64,000 bases of DNA from Candidatus Thermofontivivens primus (GTDB lineage Bacteria > Sysuimicrobiota > Sysuimicrobiia > Sysuimicrobiales > Thermofontiviventaceae): contig JAVKJW010000011.1 in assembly GCA_031458695.1 (NCBI GenBank), forward strand, positions 1 to 64,000, given 5' to 3'. Positions within the stretch are counted from its first letter, which is position 1, and each line of letters starts with the position of its first letter. The notes below the pieces were generated by a model, which saw nothing but the letters and a program-made list of their open reading frames with translations, did no database searches and had not been told where the DNA came from. Positions 28,398 through 37,969 of the stretch are shown here, one piece after another. Position numbers and translations under genes: made by a program.

Positions 28398-29354
28398 ATG
28401 AATCGTCCCGTGGTGACGCTGGGGGAGGCGATGATCCGCCTCAGTCCTTCGGGAAGGGCTTCCCTGGAGCAATCGGACCTCTGGGAAGTATACGTCGGAG
28501 GTGCAGAGGCAAATTTCGCTGTAGCGCTCGCTCGGCTGGGCATGCACGTCCAGTGGATCTCAAAGGTCACTCGGAATCCCCTCGGAAAGAAAATCGTGGG
28601 AAAGATCCGGGAACATGGTGTGGACGTCTCCAAGGTGATTTGGACAGATGAGGGAAGGGTGGGGATTTTCTTCGCTGAGCCCGGACCCCTTCCTGAGAGC
28701 TGGATGATCCTCTACGACCGCAAAGGATCGGCCATGTCCCACGTCAATCCGGAAGAAGTGGATTGGGAAAGTGTGCGGAACGCTCGGCTTATTCATCTTA
28801 CCGGGATCACGCCGGCCCTTAGCGAGGGGTGCCTGAAAGTAGTCGAGAGGGCAATCTCAGAGGCAAGGGAAGGTGGGGCACTTGTCTCTTTCGATACAAA
28901 CTATCGCGCAAAGCTCTGGAGTGCGGAAGAGGCCTTGGCGATCCTTGCGCGGTTGCTCCAGGGTGTGGACCTCCTCATCGCCTCGCTGCGCGATATCCAG
29001 GCGTTGTTCAAGGGCGGGGAAGATGGGGAGGTGGAAGCGCGAAAGCTCTACTCCCAGTTTCGTCCCAGGGTGGTGGTGGTGACGCTGGGCGAGAAGGGCG
29101 CGTTGGCATACGATGGGGAGAGGGTCTACCAGCGGGAAGCCTATCCTACGCAGGTCATCGATCGCATCGGAAGGGGAGATGCGTTCGATGCAGGCTTTGT
29201 CTACGGCTACCTCACGGGAGACATTGACAAAGGGCTCATGTATGGGAATGCCCTCGCCGCACTTGCTCAGACGCGGCCGGGGGACCTCTGCTGGTTTTCG
29301 CAGGATGAGATACACGGACTCATTCAGGGCACTTTCCGCCGCATCTCCCGCTGA
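28398..29354 (+). CDS. PfkB sugar kinase, 2-keto-3-deoxygluconate kinase-like
   Basis: GEAMIRL, GGAEAN, YDR, FDTNYRAKLWS, DRIGRGDAF. Confidence 0.85.
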   Translation: MNRPVVTLGEAMIRLSPSGRASLEQSDLWEVYVGGAEANFAVALARLGMHVQWISKVTRNPLGKKIVGKIREHGVDVSKVIWTDEGRVGIFFAEPGPLPESWMILYDRKGSAMSHVNPEEVDWESVRNARLIHLTGITPALSEGCLKVVERAISEAREGGALVSFDTNYRAKLWSAEEALAILARLLQGVDLLIASLRDIQALFKGGEDGEVEARKLYSQFRPRVVVVTLGEKGALAYDGERVYQREAYPTQVIDRIGRGDAFDAGFVYGYLTGDIDKGLMYGNALAALAQTRPGDLCWFSQDEIHGLIQGTFRRISR

Positions 29355-29467
29355 TCACCCGCAGCATCCTGAGGAGATTCTCCCCTCCCGATACAACATC
29401 TAGAGGTTGCCAAAGGGATGTTGAAAAGCCTAGCGAAATACTCCAAGAGAACCCCTGGTTTGGAGGG

Positions 29468-30088
29468 ATGAGGATGCCCAGGCTGTTTCCCCGGGAGGAA
29501 TCGTTCTTTGATCTCTTCAACCAGTCGGCCGCCAACGTTCTGGAGGCGGCGCGGATGCTGAAGGCACTTCTCGATGACTACCGGGACGTGGAGAGCCGGG
29601 CGGAGGCGATCAAGGGCCTTGAGGAGCGGGGGGACGACATCACCCACGCCATCATCGACCGGCTCAACCGTACGTTTGTCACCCCCTTTGACCGGGAGGA
29701 CATCTTCGCCCTTGCCAAGCAGTTGGACGATGTCCTCGACTGGATCGAGGCCTCCTCGGCCAGGATGGCGATGTACAGGGTTCCCCACCCCACAGACGAG
29801 GCGCGCGAGCTAGCTCAGGTCATCGTCGGCGAGTGCGAGGCGATCGTGGAAGCGATCGCGAACCTCCGGCACCTCCACCGGATCACCTCCGCCCTCCAGG
29901 AGATCAACCGCCTGGAGAATCTGGCGGACCACCTCCAGAGGGACGCGATCGCCAAGCTGTTCGCCACCAACGGGAACCCCATCGAGGTCATCAAGTGGAA
30001 GGAGATCTACGATACCTTGGAGGAGGCTACCGACCGAGGGGAAGATGTCGCTCACGTCCTAGAAGGGATCTACACGAAGAACCTGTGA
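29468..30088 (+). CDS. DUF47 / PhoU-like Pit accessory protein
   Basis: E..GD.I, TFVTPFDREDI, E..AD; upstream of pit. Confidence 0.9.
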   Translation: MRMPRLFPREESFFDLFNQSAANVLEAARMLKALLDDYRDVESRAEAIKGLEERGDDITHAIIDRLNRTFVTPFDREDIFALAKQLDDVLDWIEASSARMAMYRVPHPTDEARELAQVIVGECEAIVEAIANLRHLHRITSALQEINRLENLADHLQRDAIAKLFATNGNPIEVIKWKEIYDTLEEATDRGEDVAHVLEGIYTKNL

Positions 30089-30110
30089 CCATGGAAGCTT
30101 AGTTCAGACC

Positions 30111-31127
30111 TTGGAGGACCCCGTGCCGTCAATCGTCTTCATCGTCGCAGTCCTCATCCTTGCCTGGAGCTACGATTTCTTCAATGGGATGAACGACGCG
30201 GCCAATGCAATTGCAACCTCCGTCTCTACTCGCGCGCTGACACCTCGTCAGGCTATCTTGCTGGCACGGACGCTGAACTTCCTGGGAGCCTTTCTTACAA
30301 CAGAGGTCGCGAAGACGATCGGGAAAGGAGTGGTACGCTCCGAGGCCCTGACGGAGCCGATGGTGCTTGCAGCTCTCATCGGGGCCACCGCTTGGGCATG
30401 GCTGTGTACTCACTACGGGATCCCCATCAGTATCACTCATTCCTTGGTTGCAGGGCTTATGGGAGCGGGCTGGGCTGGAGGAGGCTTCCAGGCATTACAA
30501 CTACGCGGCTTTGTGAAGATCGCCTATGCTATGATTGTCTCCCCGGTGACTGGCTTCCTTGGAGGATTCGCGCTGATGCTGTTGGCATACTGGATCTTCC
30601 GTCGCATGCTGCCGACAGTTGTCACTCGGATCTTCCGCTACGGGCAGATCCTTTCTGCGTCGTATATGGCATTCGCTCACGGCGCCAATGACACCCAGAA
30701 CGCCATGGGCGTGATCACCGCAGCACTCCTTGCCGGGGGGTTCATCAAGGAGTTCAAGGTCCCGTGGTGGGTCATCCTGGGGTCTGCTTTCTTCATGGGG
30801 TTGGGTACTTCCTTCGGCGGATGGCGCGTGATCCGGACGATGGGCATGCGCATGGTAAAGCTCCAGCCCATCCAGGGTTTCAGCGCAGAGGCATCCGCTG
30901 CCACGGTCATGATCGTGGCGTCCCTTCTTGGCCTGCCCATCAGCACCACCCACGTCATCTCCACTGCCATCATGGGGGTGGGGGCAACACGGCGTCTCTC
31001 TGCGGTGCGTTGGGGGATCGCCGGGCACATTGTCGCCGCATGGATCTTCACGTTCCCAGGCGCTGCGGCCATCGCCGCGATTGCTTACTACCTCCTCATT
31101 GGCGGACTACGTCTCCTAGGCACCTAG
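30111..31127 (+). CDS. pit: Inorganic phosphate transporter (PiT family)
   Basis: NGMNDAANAIAT, HGAND, PISTTH. Confidence 0.93.
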   Translation: MEDPVPSIVFIVAVLILAWSYDFFNGMNDAANAIATSVSTRALTPRQAILLARTLNFLGAFLTTEVAKTIGKGVVRSEALTEPMVLAALIGATAWAWLCTHYGIPISITHSLVAGLMGAGWAGGGFQALQLRGFVKIAYAMIVSPVTGFLGGFALMLLAYWIFRRMLPTVVTRIFRYGQILSASYMAFAHGANDTQNAMGVITAALLAGGFIKEFKVPWWVILGSAFFMGLGTSFGGWRVIRTMGMRMVKLQPIQGFSAEASAATVMIVASLLGLPISTTHVISTAIMGVGATRRLSAVRWGIAGHIVAAWIFTFPGAAAIAAIAYYLLIGGLRLLGT

Positions 31128-31173
31128 CTCGTTCTCTTGATGGTTGCCTCTTCAAGCTGGTCTTATTCGCGTC

Positions 31174-31206
31174 TTTACGAATATTGTATAAAGTGATATA
31201 ATATCC
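31174..31206 (+). promoter_or_regulatory. Extended -10 promoter/operator of the Mo-hydroxylase operon
   Basis: TTTACG-17-TATAAT with TG extension; 30-mer is 29/30 identical to 39894-39923. Confidence 0.75.
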
Positions 31207-31364
31207 GTTGCGAGATCCGTGCTCTATGGCGGTTCGCGCGCAATGATCTAAGATGCCTGTCAGAAGCTTGTAGCGGATTTTGGTAAGGACCCAACAGGGG
31301 AAAGTTCCAGAGTCACGGTGTAACAAGATTTCTGTCCGCTTATGCGAACGCAGGAGGAGCGGTC

Positions 31365-32237
31365 GTGTCCTTCCTATACTTCGTCCCTGCGACCGTTCAA
31401 GAGGCAGTTGAACTCCTCTCCCACTACGGCGAGGATGCGAAGGTGATCGCTGGCGGGACAGACCTCGTAGTACGGATCCGAGATGGGCTTATCCAGCCTG
31501 CTGCTCTCGTGGATATCGAGCGTATCCCCGAGCTCTCACGCATCTCCTTGGAAGACTCCAGGCTCCACATTGGCGCCACGGCGACGATTGCTTCGATCCT
31601 TGAGTCGATAGAGGTGAACCACCTTGCTCCTGTGGTGAGCGAAGCTGCGCGCCAAATGGGCGCTGTCCAGCTCCGGAATCGTGCTACGATCGGTGGCAAC
31701 CTCGCCTCCGCAGTTCCTTCCGCCGACATGGCTCCCCCACTCCTTGTCCTGGAGGCCACGGTCTCCATCACCGGTCCTTCTGGAGAGCAAACTCTCCCCA
31801 TCGACGAATTCTTTACCGGACCTCATCAAAGTGCTCTCCGTCCTGATGAGGTGCTCACTTCCATCGAAATCCCTGTCCAGGAGAGCGGAACCGGTGCTGC
31901 TTTTGTCAAGTTTGGAAAGCGCAGTGCGCAGGTGATCGCAGTCGTGAACGCGGCTGCGTGGGTTCGCATTCGCAAGGGTCGTATCGAAGAGGCCAGGATT
32001 GCCCTTGGGGCTGTAGCGCCAACGCCAATCCGAGCGAGAGGGGCGGAGGTCCTCCTGCGTGGACAGGAAATCCGAGCCGATCTTCTGGAAGACGCCGCTC
32101 AGGCTGCGGCGATGGAGGCACGGCCGATCACGGATTTCCGTGGGACCCTGGAATTCCGTCGTGAGCTTTGCCGCGTTCTCGTTCGACGAGCCCTGGAACA
32201 GGCGGTGCAACGAGCTATCAAGAGGGAGCAGGAATGA
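31365..32237 (+). CDS. Xanthine dehydrogenase-family FAD subunit (NdhF/CoxM-like)
   Basis: AGGTDL, QLRNRATIGGN, ALGAVAPTP. Confidence 0.93.
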   Translation: MSFLYFVPATVQEAVELLSHYGEDAKVIAGGTDLVVRIRDGLIQPAALVDIERIPELSRISLEDSRLHIGATATIASILESIEVNHLAPVVSEAARQMGAVQLRNRATIGGNLASAVPSADMAPPLLVLEATVSITGPSGEQTLPIDEFFTGPHQSALRPDEVLTSIEIPVQESGTGAAFVKFGKRSAQVIAVVNAAAWVRIRKGRIEEARIALGAVAPTPIRARGAEVLLRGQEIRADLLEDAAQAAAMEARPITDFRGTLEFRRELCRVLVRRALEQAVQRAIKREQE

Positions 32238-32704
32238 CGTTCCATTTGCGCTTTTGGCTGAACGGGCAGGAAGTTCGTACTGAAGTAGAACCCGACGAGA
32301 CGCTCCTTTGGGTCCTCCGCGAGCGCCTGAACATGACAGGAACCAAGGTTGGATGCGAAGCTGGCGATTGCGGGGCATGTACGGTACTCTTGGATGGGAG
32401 GCCGGTGACAAGCTGCCTCCTGTTGGCTCCAAAGGCTCACGGCCGCCACGTGGTAACGATTGAGGGGCTTGGCTCCCCCGCGAAGTTGCACCCGCTCCAG
32501 CAAGCCTTCATTACCTACGGAGCCCTTCAGTGTGGTTTTTGCGGCCCCGGGATGTTGCTCTCCGCAGCCGCATTGTTGACGCAGAACCCTCACCCCACAG
32601 AGAGAGAAGTCCGGGAGGCCATTGCAGGCAACCTCTGTCGATGCACCGGGTACCAGAAGATTGTGCAAGCGATCCTGGCTGTCTCACGAGGGGAGGTCCC
32701 ATGA
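32234..32704 (+). CDS. 2x[2Fe-2S] subunit (NdhS/CoxS-like)
   Basis: CEAGDCGAC, QCGFC, NLCRCTGY. Confidence 0.95.
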   Translation: MTFHLRFWLNGQEVRTEVEPDETLLWVLRERLNMTGTKVGCEAGDCGACTVLLDGRPVTSCLLLAPKAHGRHVVTIEGLGSPAKLHPLQQAFITYGALQCGFCGPGMLLSAAALLTQNPHPTEREVREAIAGNLCRCTGYQKIVQAILAVSRGEVP

Positions 32705-34005
32705 CCGTCATCACGCGTCCCGCTCCCCCACCAGTTGTAGAGGAAGCGGCGGAAGGGGCTGTGGGAAAGCGAAAGAGCCGCCATGATGCCCTTCTCCAAG
32801 TGACCGGTCAAGCCCTTTATGGCGTAGATATGAAAGCCCCGGGCATGCTTTGGGCCAAAGCTGTGCGTAGTCCTTACCCACACGCCCGCATCGTTCGCAT
32901 CGATCCGACAAGAGCCCTTTCCATCCCCGGGGTCGCTTGTGTGATTACGGCGCGTGACATTCCCCACAACCGGTACGGGTTCACACACCAGGACCAGCGC
33001 GTCCTTGCAGATGACCGGGTTCGCTATGTGGGAGAAGCTGTAGCGGTCGTTGCAGCAGAAACCCTGCGTGTGGCGACAGAGGCGGCCAAGGAGGTTGTGG
33101 TGGAGTATGAGCCCTTGCCTGCGGTCTTTGATCCCATCGAAGCAATGCAGCCGGGAGCGCCTCAGGTACACGAAGGAGGCAACATCGCAGCGCGCCTTCA
33201 CATCCGGGACGGGGATGTGGAGCGAGGGTTCTCCGAGGCAGAGATCATTGTCGAGGAAGAATTTCGGACTCCCTTTGTTGAGCACTGCCACCTGGAACCC
33301 CACGCCGCCCTGGCAATCCCTGGTCCTCAGGGGACGTTGACCATTTACTCTTCCGTGCAACGCCCCTTCCTCGTTGCGAGCGATGTGGCGAAAGTCCTGT
33401 CCATGCCATTATCCCACGTGCGAGTGGTTGCAACCAGCGTCGGAGGCGGTTTTGGAGGGAAGAATGAGATGACTCTGGAGCCCTGGGTAGGCCTCCTGGC
33501 CCTCCGGACAGGGCGTCCCGTGAAGATGGTCTTTACCAGGGAGGAAGAGTTCCAGGCGACAACCGTCCGGCATCCTTATCGGATGCGCTACCGTACCGGT
33601 GTACGCCGCGATGGAACACTTGTGGCCAGGAGTGTAGAGATCATCAGCGACTGCGGAGCGTACGTTTCGTGGGGAGCGTCTACGCTGGCGAAGGCATGCA
33701 TCCACGCCGCAGGTCCCTATGTGATCCCCCACGTGAAGATTGAGGGTTTCCTTGTCTACACAAACAACCCAGTGGGAGGGGCCATGCGCGGGTTCGGGGT
33801 ACCCCAGGTAGGATTTGCCTACGAGTGTCATACAGACTCGGTCGCTGCTGCCGTGGGGATGGATCCTATCACGTTCCGTCTTCGCAATGGTCTGCGCGAT
33901 GGTTGCCGGTTGCCCACTGGACAAGTGTTGGAACGCGTAACCCTGCACCAGACCCTCCAGCGCGCCCTGGAACTTGCCGGTTGGGAAAGGGGGGCTGTGC
34001 CGTGA
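32701..34005 (+). CDS. Molybdopterin-binding subunit, N-terminal part (NdhL-like)
   Basis: RSPYPHA, GGGFGGK, RHP, AMRGFG. Confidence 0.92.
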   Translation: MTVITRPAPPPVVEEAAEGAVGKRKSRHDALLQVTGQALYGVDMKAPGMLWAKAVRSPYPHARIVRIDPTRALSIPGVACVITARDIPHNRYGFTHQDQRVLADDRVRYVGEAVAVVAAETLRVATEAAKEVVVEYEPLPAVFDPIEAMQPGAPQVHEGGNIAARLHIRDGDVERGFSEAEIIVEEEFRTPFVEHCHLEPHAALAIPGPQGTLTIYSSVQRPFLVASDVAKVLSMPLSHVRVVATSVGGGFGGKNEMTLEPWVGLLALRTGRPVKMVFTREEEFQATTVRHPYRMRYRTGVRRDGTLVARSVEIISDCGAYVSWGASTLAKACIHAAGPYVIPHVKIEGFLVYTNNPVGGAMRGFGVPQVGFAYECHTDSVAAAVGMDPITFRLRNGLRDGCRLPTGQVLERVTLHQTLQRALELAGWERGAVP

Positions 34006-35042
34006 AGAAACGGGGAAGGGGTGTGGCCTGGATGTTCTACCCCATCGGCTTTACGGCGTACGCCAACCCTAGCGCCGCCTTCGTTAAGGTAAATCAAGAT
34101 GGATCCGCTGTGGTGTGGACAGGGGCGACGGACGTAGGACAGGGCTCTACAACGGCCCTTGCGCAGATTGCGGCAGATGCTTTGGGGATTCCAGTGGAGC
34201 TTGTAACCATGGTCACGAGCGATACACTCCAGACTCCGATGGATATTGGGTCTGTAGCGAGCCGGGTCACCTATATCGCAGGCAACGCCATCGTCCGCGC
34301 ATGCGAGATGGCCAAACAGATTCTGTTTGAAGTGGCCTCTGAGGAGCTTGGGATCGGGCCGGAGGGCCTGGAAAGCCGGAACGGGTGGATCTTCGTGCGG
34401 GACTTCCCCGAGCGCCGGGTACGCCTGGCGGAGATCGCCAGGAAGGCCGAGGTTGTGAAAGGGCGGCCCGTGATTGGTGCAGGATCGTATAATCCGCCAA
34501 CGACGTTTCTCGACCCAGAGACCGGCCACGGCAAGCCCTATAACACGTACGTCTATGCGGCGCAGGTTGCAGAGGTCGAGGTGGATACGGAAACTGGGGA
34601 GGTAAAAGTTCTTCGGATTGCGGCTGTTCATGACTGTGGACGGGCGATCAATCCCCTCCTTGTGGAGGGACAGATCGAAGGCGGGGTTGCCATGGGCCTG
34701 GGATACGCGCTGAGTGAGGAGATGGTGCTCCAAGAAGGACGTGTTCTCAACACAAAACTCGCCGATTACCTGGTGCCTACTTCCCTGGATGTCCCTCCCA
34801 TCGACGTGGAAATCGTGGAGGTGCCAGATCCTACGGGGCCTTTTGGAGCGAAAGGGATCGGTGAACCCTCTCTCCTTCCCACGGCACCCGCCATCGTCAA
34901 TGCAATCTATGATGCAGTGGGGGTGCGCATCCGGGAACTCCCTGCAACTCCTGAGCGCATCCTCATGGCCCTTCGAGAGAAAGAAAAGGAACAACCAGGA
35001 AGATCCGTTAGGGACCGAGAAGACGGTCGACCTGAGAAGTGA
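34002..35042 (+). CDS. Molybdopterin-binding subunit, C-terminal part (NdhM-like)
   Basis: MKKRGRGV start, GQG, ASR, HDCG, GQIEGG, GAKGIGEP catalytic Glu; own RBS and GTGA overlap. Confidence 0.92.
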   Translation: MKKRGRGVAWMFYPIGFTAYANPSAAFVKVNQDGSAVVWTGATDVGQGSTTALAQIAADALGIPVELVTMVTSDTLQTPMDIGSVASRVTYIAGNAIVRACEMAKQILFEVASEELGIGPEGLESRNGWIFVRDFPERRVRLAEIARKAEVVKGRPVIGAGSYNPPTTFLDPETGHGKPYNTYVYAAQVAEVEVDTETGEVKVLRIAAVHDCGRAINPLLVEGQIEGGVAMGLGYALSEEMVLQEGRVLNTKLADYLVPTSLDVPPIDVEIVEVPDPTGPFGAKGIGEPSLLPTAPAIVNAIYDAVGVRIRELPATPERILMALREKEKEQPGRSVRDREDGRPEK

Positions 35043-35115
35043 AAAGGAGGAGGTGGGAAGAAAGGGGTAGTCACGGATCGTGGCAAAGTCGTTTGACCGG
35101 ATCTCTCCAGAAGGG

Positions 35116-35146
35116 CCTCCGGCAAAAGTAAAAATTTTCCGGGAGG
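35116..35146. repeat. REP-like hairpin (family copy 1, degenerate)
   Basis: CCTCCGGCAAAA...TTTTCCGGGAGG. Confidence 0.5.
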
Positions 35147-35179
35147 TTGATCTGTATTCCCAAAGGGGGGGTGTATTCT

Positions 35180-36424
35180 ATGAAAAAATGGGCAGCGTTG
35201 CTGGCGGTTCTGCTGATCACTGGGTTCCTAACCTCGGGAGTGGCCGGTCCGGCCGGGCCCACAAGCATCAAGATCGGGATCCTCCTTCCTCTGACCGGCC
35301 CGTTCGCTGCGGTGGCGGAGACGCAGAAGAATGGAGCGCTACTGGCCATCGATGTGGTGAACAGCAAGGGCGGGCTGAATATGCCATGGGGGAAGGTCCG
35401 CGTGGAAGGGATCGTCGCCGACGATGAGGCGAAGCTGGATGTCGGAGTCCGACGGTACCGGTACCTTGTGGAGCAGGGGGTAAAGGGAGTTGTTGGGCAG
35501 ACATGGGCGCCCTTGGCATATGCCATCAATGCGGTTGTGAAGCGCGAGCCCATGCCCTATTTCCCTGTGTGCGTCATGGCAAAGGAAGCTTTTGAAAAGG
35601 GGAAGCTGGCGGATACCACCTTCGCTGTCGCGTACAGCCCATGGACAGTGGGGTACATGGCTGGATCTGCTGCGATTAAGGTCCTGAACAAGAAGCGGAT
35701 CTTCTTCCTCGCCCGTGCAGATAGCTGGGGGTGGGACATCCGAGACGGTGTGCAGGCTGCCGCGAAGCAGTTTGGAGCTGAGATTGTTGGCTATGATGAG
35801 GTTCCTCTCGGCACCACGGATTTCACTACGGTGCTCCAGAAGGTTCGCGCGGCCAAGCCGGACGTGTTCATCTCAGCCCAGTTCGGCGCGGATGCTGTGG
35901 CCCTTCTGAAGCAAGTCCATCAGATGGGCCTGAACCGGGAGATGACCATCTTCAACGCCTTTATCACCAATGTGGTGGCCAAAGGGATCCCCCCTGAGGC
36001 GCTGAAGGATGTCTATGCGATGCATTACTTCTACTATGACCTCCAGGCATTCCTGGGGACCTCGCCCGTGATCAAAGCTGCGAGGGATTATACGGAGATG
36101 TACCGATCGAAGTATAAGACACCCCCTGACGCGTATGCGACCATCGCCTATACGGCCCTTTCAGAGATGTTCCGCGGGTTCGAGCTGGCAGGCTCTTTTG
36201 AACCAAAGGCAATGGCCAACGCGCTCGTGGCTCATCCCAACTTCCAGACCGTCAAAGGACCAGCTTACTGGCGGAAGGATCATGCGGCCGTCTACCGGTA
36301 TGCAGCATTTCTGGTACGAGGCAAAGGTCCCGGGGAGCAGAAACACGAATGGGATCTGTTCCAAGTGATCGGTTCTCAGGGTGGTGAAGCAGTCCTGCCG
36401 TCCCTTCAGTCCCTTGGATACTAA
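35180..36424 (+). CDS. Liv-type ABC substrate-binding protein
   Basis: Signal peptide, IKIGILLPLTGP, GTTDFT. Confidence 0.9.
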   Translation: MKKWAALLAVLLITGFLTSGVAGPAGPTSIKIGILLPLTGPFAAVAETQKNGALLAIDVVNSKGGLNMPWGKVRVEGIVADDEAKLDVGVRRYRYLVEQGVKGVVGQTWAPLAYAINAVVKREPMPYFPVCVMAKEAFEKGKLADTTFAVAYSPWTVGYMAGSAAIKVLNKKRIFFLARADSWGWDIRDGVQAAAKQFGAEIVGYDEVPLGTTDFTTVLQKVRAAKPDVFISAQFGADAVALLKQVHQMGLNREMTIFNAFITNVVAKGIPPEALKDVYAMHYFYYDLQAFLGTSPVIKAARDYTEMYRSKYKTPPDAYATIAYTALSEMFRGFELAGSFEPKAMANALVAHPNFQTVKGPAYWRKDHAAVYRYAAFLVRGKGPGEQKHEWDLFQVIGSQGGEAVLPSLQSLGY

Positions 36425-36436
36425 GGATCTTGCGCG

Positions 36437-37237
36437 ATGAGGGGGGGCCCGGGGATCGCCGTGCCGAAGGAAGCACAAGAGACTGCGTTACTGAGAGCAG
36501 AAAAGCTTACCAAACGATTCGGCAAACTGACGGCCGTGGACAGGGTGGACTATGTCCTCCGGGAGGGAGAAGTGGCAGGGATCGTGGGGCCCAACGGGGC
36601 GGGAAAGACAACATTCTTTAACCTCCTTACGGGATATCATCTCCCTGACGAAGGCTCCATCCTGTACCAGGGTGAGGAGATTACCCGGGCTACCCCTCAG
36701 AAGCGCGTTGCCCTGGGGCTAATGCGAACCTTTCAGCTTACCTCCACGTTCGACGGCCTCACTGTGCTGGACAACCTAGTGCTCTCCTACTTCCGCGCCA
36801 ACCGCAAGGCCACGATCCCTTCCCTTCTCCGAAACACTTGTCGCGCCTTTTACAATGATCATGACATTGGGACATTGCTGCAGATGTTCGAGCTGGATCA
36901 CTTGCGACACCGCATGGTGCGACATCTGAGCTTGGGCGAGAAACGCCGGCTCGAGATTGCCATGGCGATTGTGGCAGACCCCAAGGTCCTGCTCTTGGAT
37001 GAGCCATTCGCTGGGCTTAGCGAGATGGAGATCCGGAGCGTTGTGGGAATCCTCAGAGAACAAGCGAGGAGGCGAACGATCGTTGTGATTGAACACAAAG
37101 TATCCCACTTGGAAGGGCTCGTGGATCGCCTTACTGTGATGCATGAGGGCCGGATCATTGCTGACGGCGAGTTCGAGGAGTGCTTACGGGATCCAGAGGT
37201 GCGAAGGAGCTACTGGCGGGTATCGGAGGTCACATGA
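36437..37237 (+). CDS. Liv-type ABC ATPase (LivG-like)
   Basis: GPNGAGKT, LLLDEP, IEH. Confidence 0.92.
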   Translation: MRGGPGIAVPKEAQETALLRAEKLTKRFGKLTAVDRVDYVLREGEVAGIVGPNGAGKTTFFNLLTGYHLPDEGSILYQGEEITRATPQKRVALGLMRTFQLTSTFDGLTVLDNLVLSYFRANRKATIPSLLRNTCRAFYNDHDIGTLLQMFELDHLRHRMVRHLSLGEKRRLEIAMAIVADPKVLLLDEPFAGLSEMEIRSVVGILREQARRRTIVVIEHKVSHLEGLVDRLTVMHEGRIIADGEFEECLRDPEVRRSYWRVSEVT

Positions 37238-37962
37238 GGGACGTTCCGTGGTCAGGAACTGGGAGTGACGGTGCAGACACGAAGGCCCTGGTGGTGGAGG
37301 GGCTGGATGTCTCCTACGGGGATGCAAAGGTTCTCTTCGGGGTAAGCCTGCGGGTGGAGGAAGGGCAGCTCGTCGCGTGTGTGGGCCGAAATGGGGCTGG
37401 GAAGACCACTTTGTTGCGCACCATCGCTGGATTCCTCCGCCCAAGCGCCGGGCGGATCCGCTATGGAGACGTTGACCTGGTAGGATGGAAGCCGTACGAG
37501 ATTGCCCGGCTAGGGATCCGATACGTGCAACAGGACAAGCGGGTGTTCTCGGATCTTACCGTCCGCGAGAACCTCGAGCTGGCGAGCTATGCGACAGGCG
37601 ATCGAAACTGGGACATCGTGTTCCACTACTTCCCAAAGTTGAAGGAGCTACTGGATCGAAAGGGAGGGTACCTCAGCGGGGGAGAGCGACAAATGTTGAT
37701 GATCGGCCGTGCGTTGCTTGGAAATCCCAAGGTTCTGCTGATTGACGAACCGACCGAGGGATTAGCCCCAAGCATTGTGGAACTCCTGCGCGATGTGTTC
37801 CGGGAGCTCAAGAAAAGTTCGAGTGTGGTGATAGTGGAGCAGAACCTGCCCCTGGTGGCTGATGTCGCGGATAAGGTCTACGCGGTGAAGGAGGGCCGGA
37901 TCGCTGCAGAGATCAGTGACGCGCAGGCCATCAAGGGCCATGCCTATGAGCAATACCTGTGA
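37234..37962 (+). CDS. Liv-type ABC ATPase (LivF-like)
   Basis: GRNGAGKT, LSGGERQM, DEP, VEQN. Confidence 0.93.
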   Translation: MRDVPWSGTGSDGADTKALVVEGLDVSYGDAKVLFGVSLRVEEGQLVACVGRNGAGKTTLLRTIAGFLRPSAGRIRYGDVDLVGWKPYEIARLGIRYVQQDKRVFSDLTVRENLELASYATGDRNWDIVFHYFPKLKELLDRKGGYLSGGERQMLMIGRALLGNPKVLLIDEPTEGLAPSIVELLRDVFRELKKSSSVVIVEQNLPLVADVADKVYAVKEGRIAAEISDAQAIKGHAYEQYL

Positions 37963-37969
37963 TCCAGCC

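Noticed and set aside
33828..34994. 388-aa minus-strand ORF and similar long antisense ORFs (7152-8069, 31536-32432)
   Set aside because: They overlap well-supported genes on the opposite strand and have no recognisable domains
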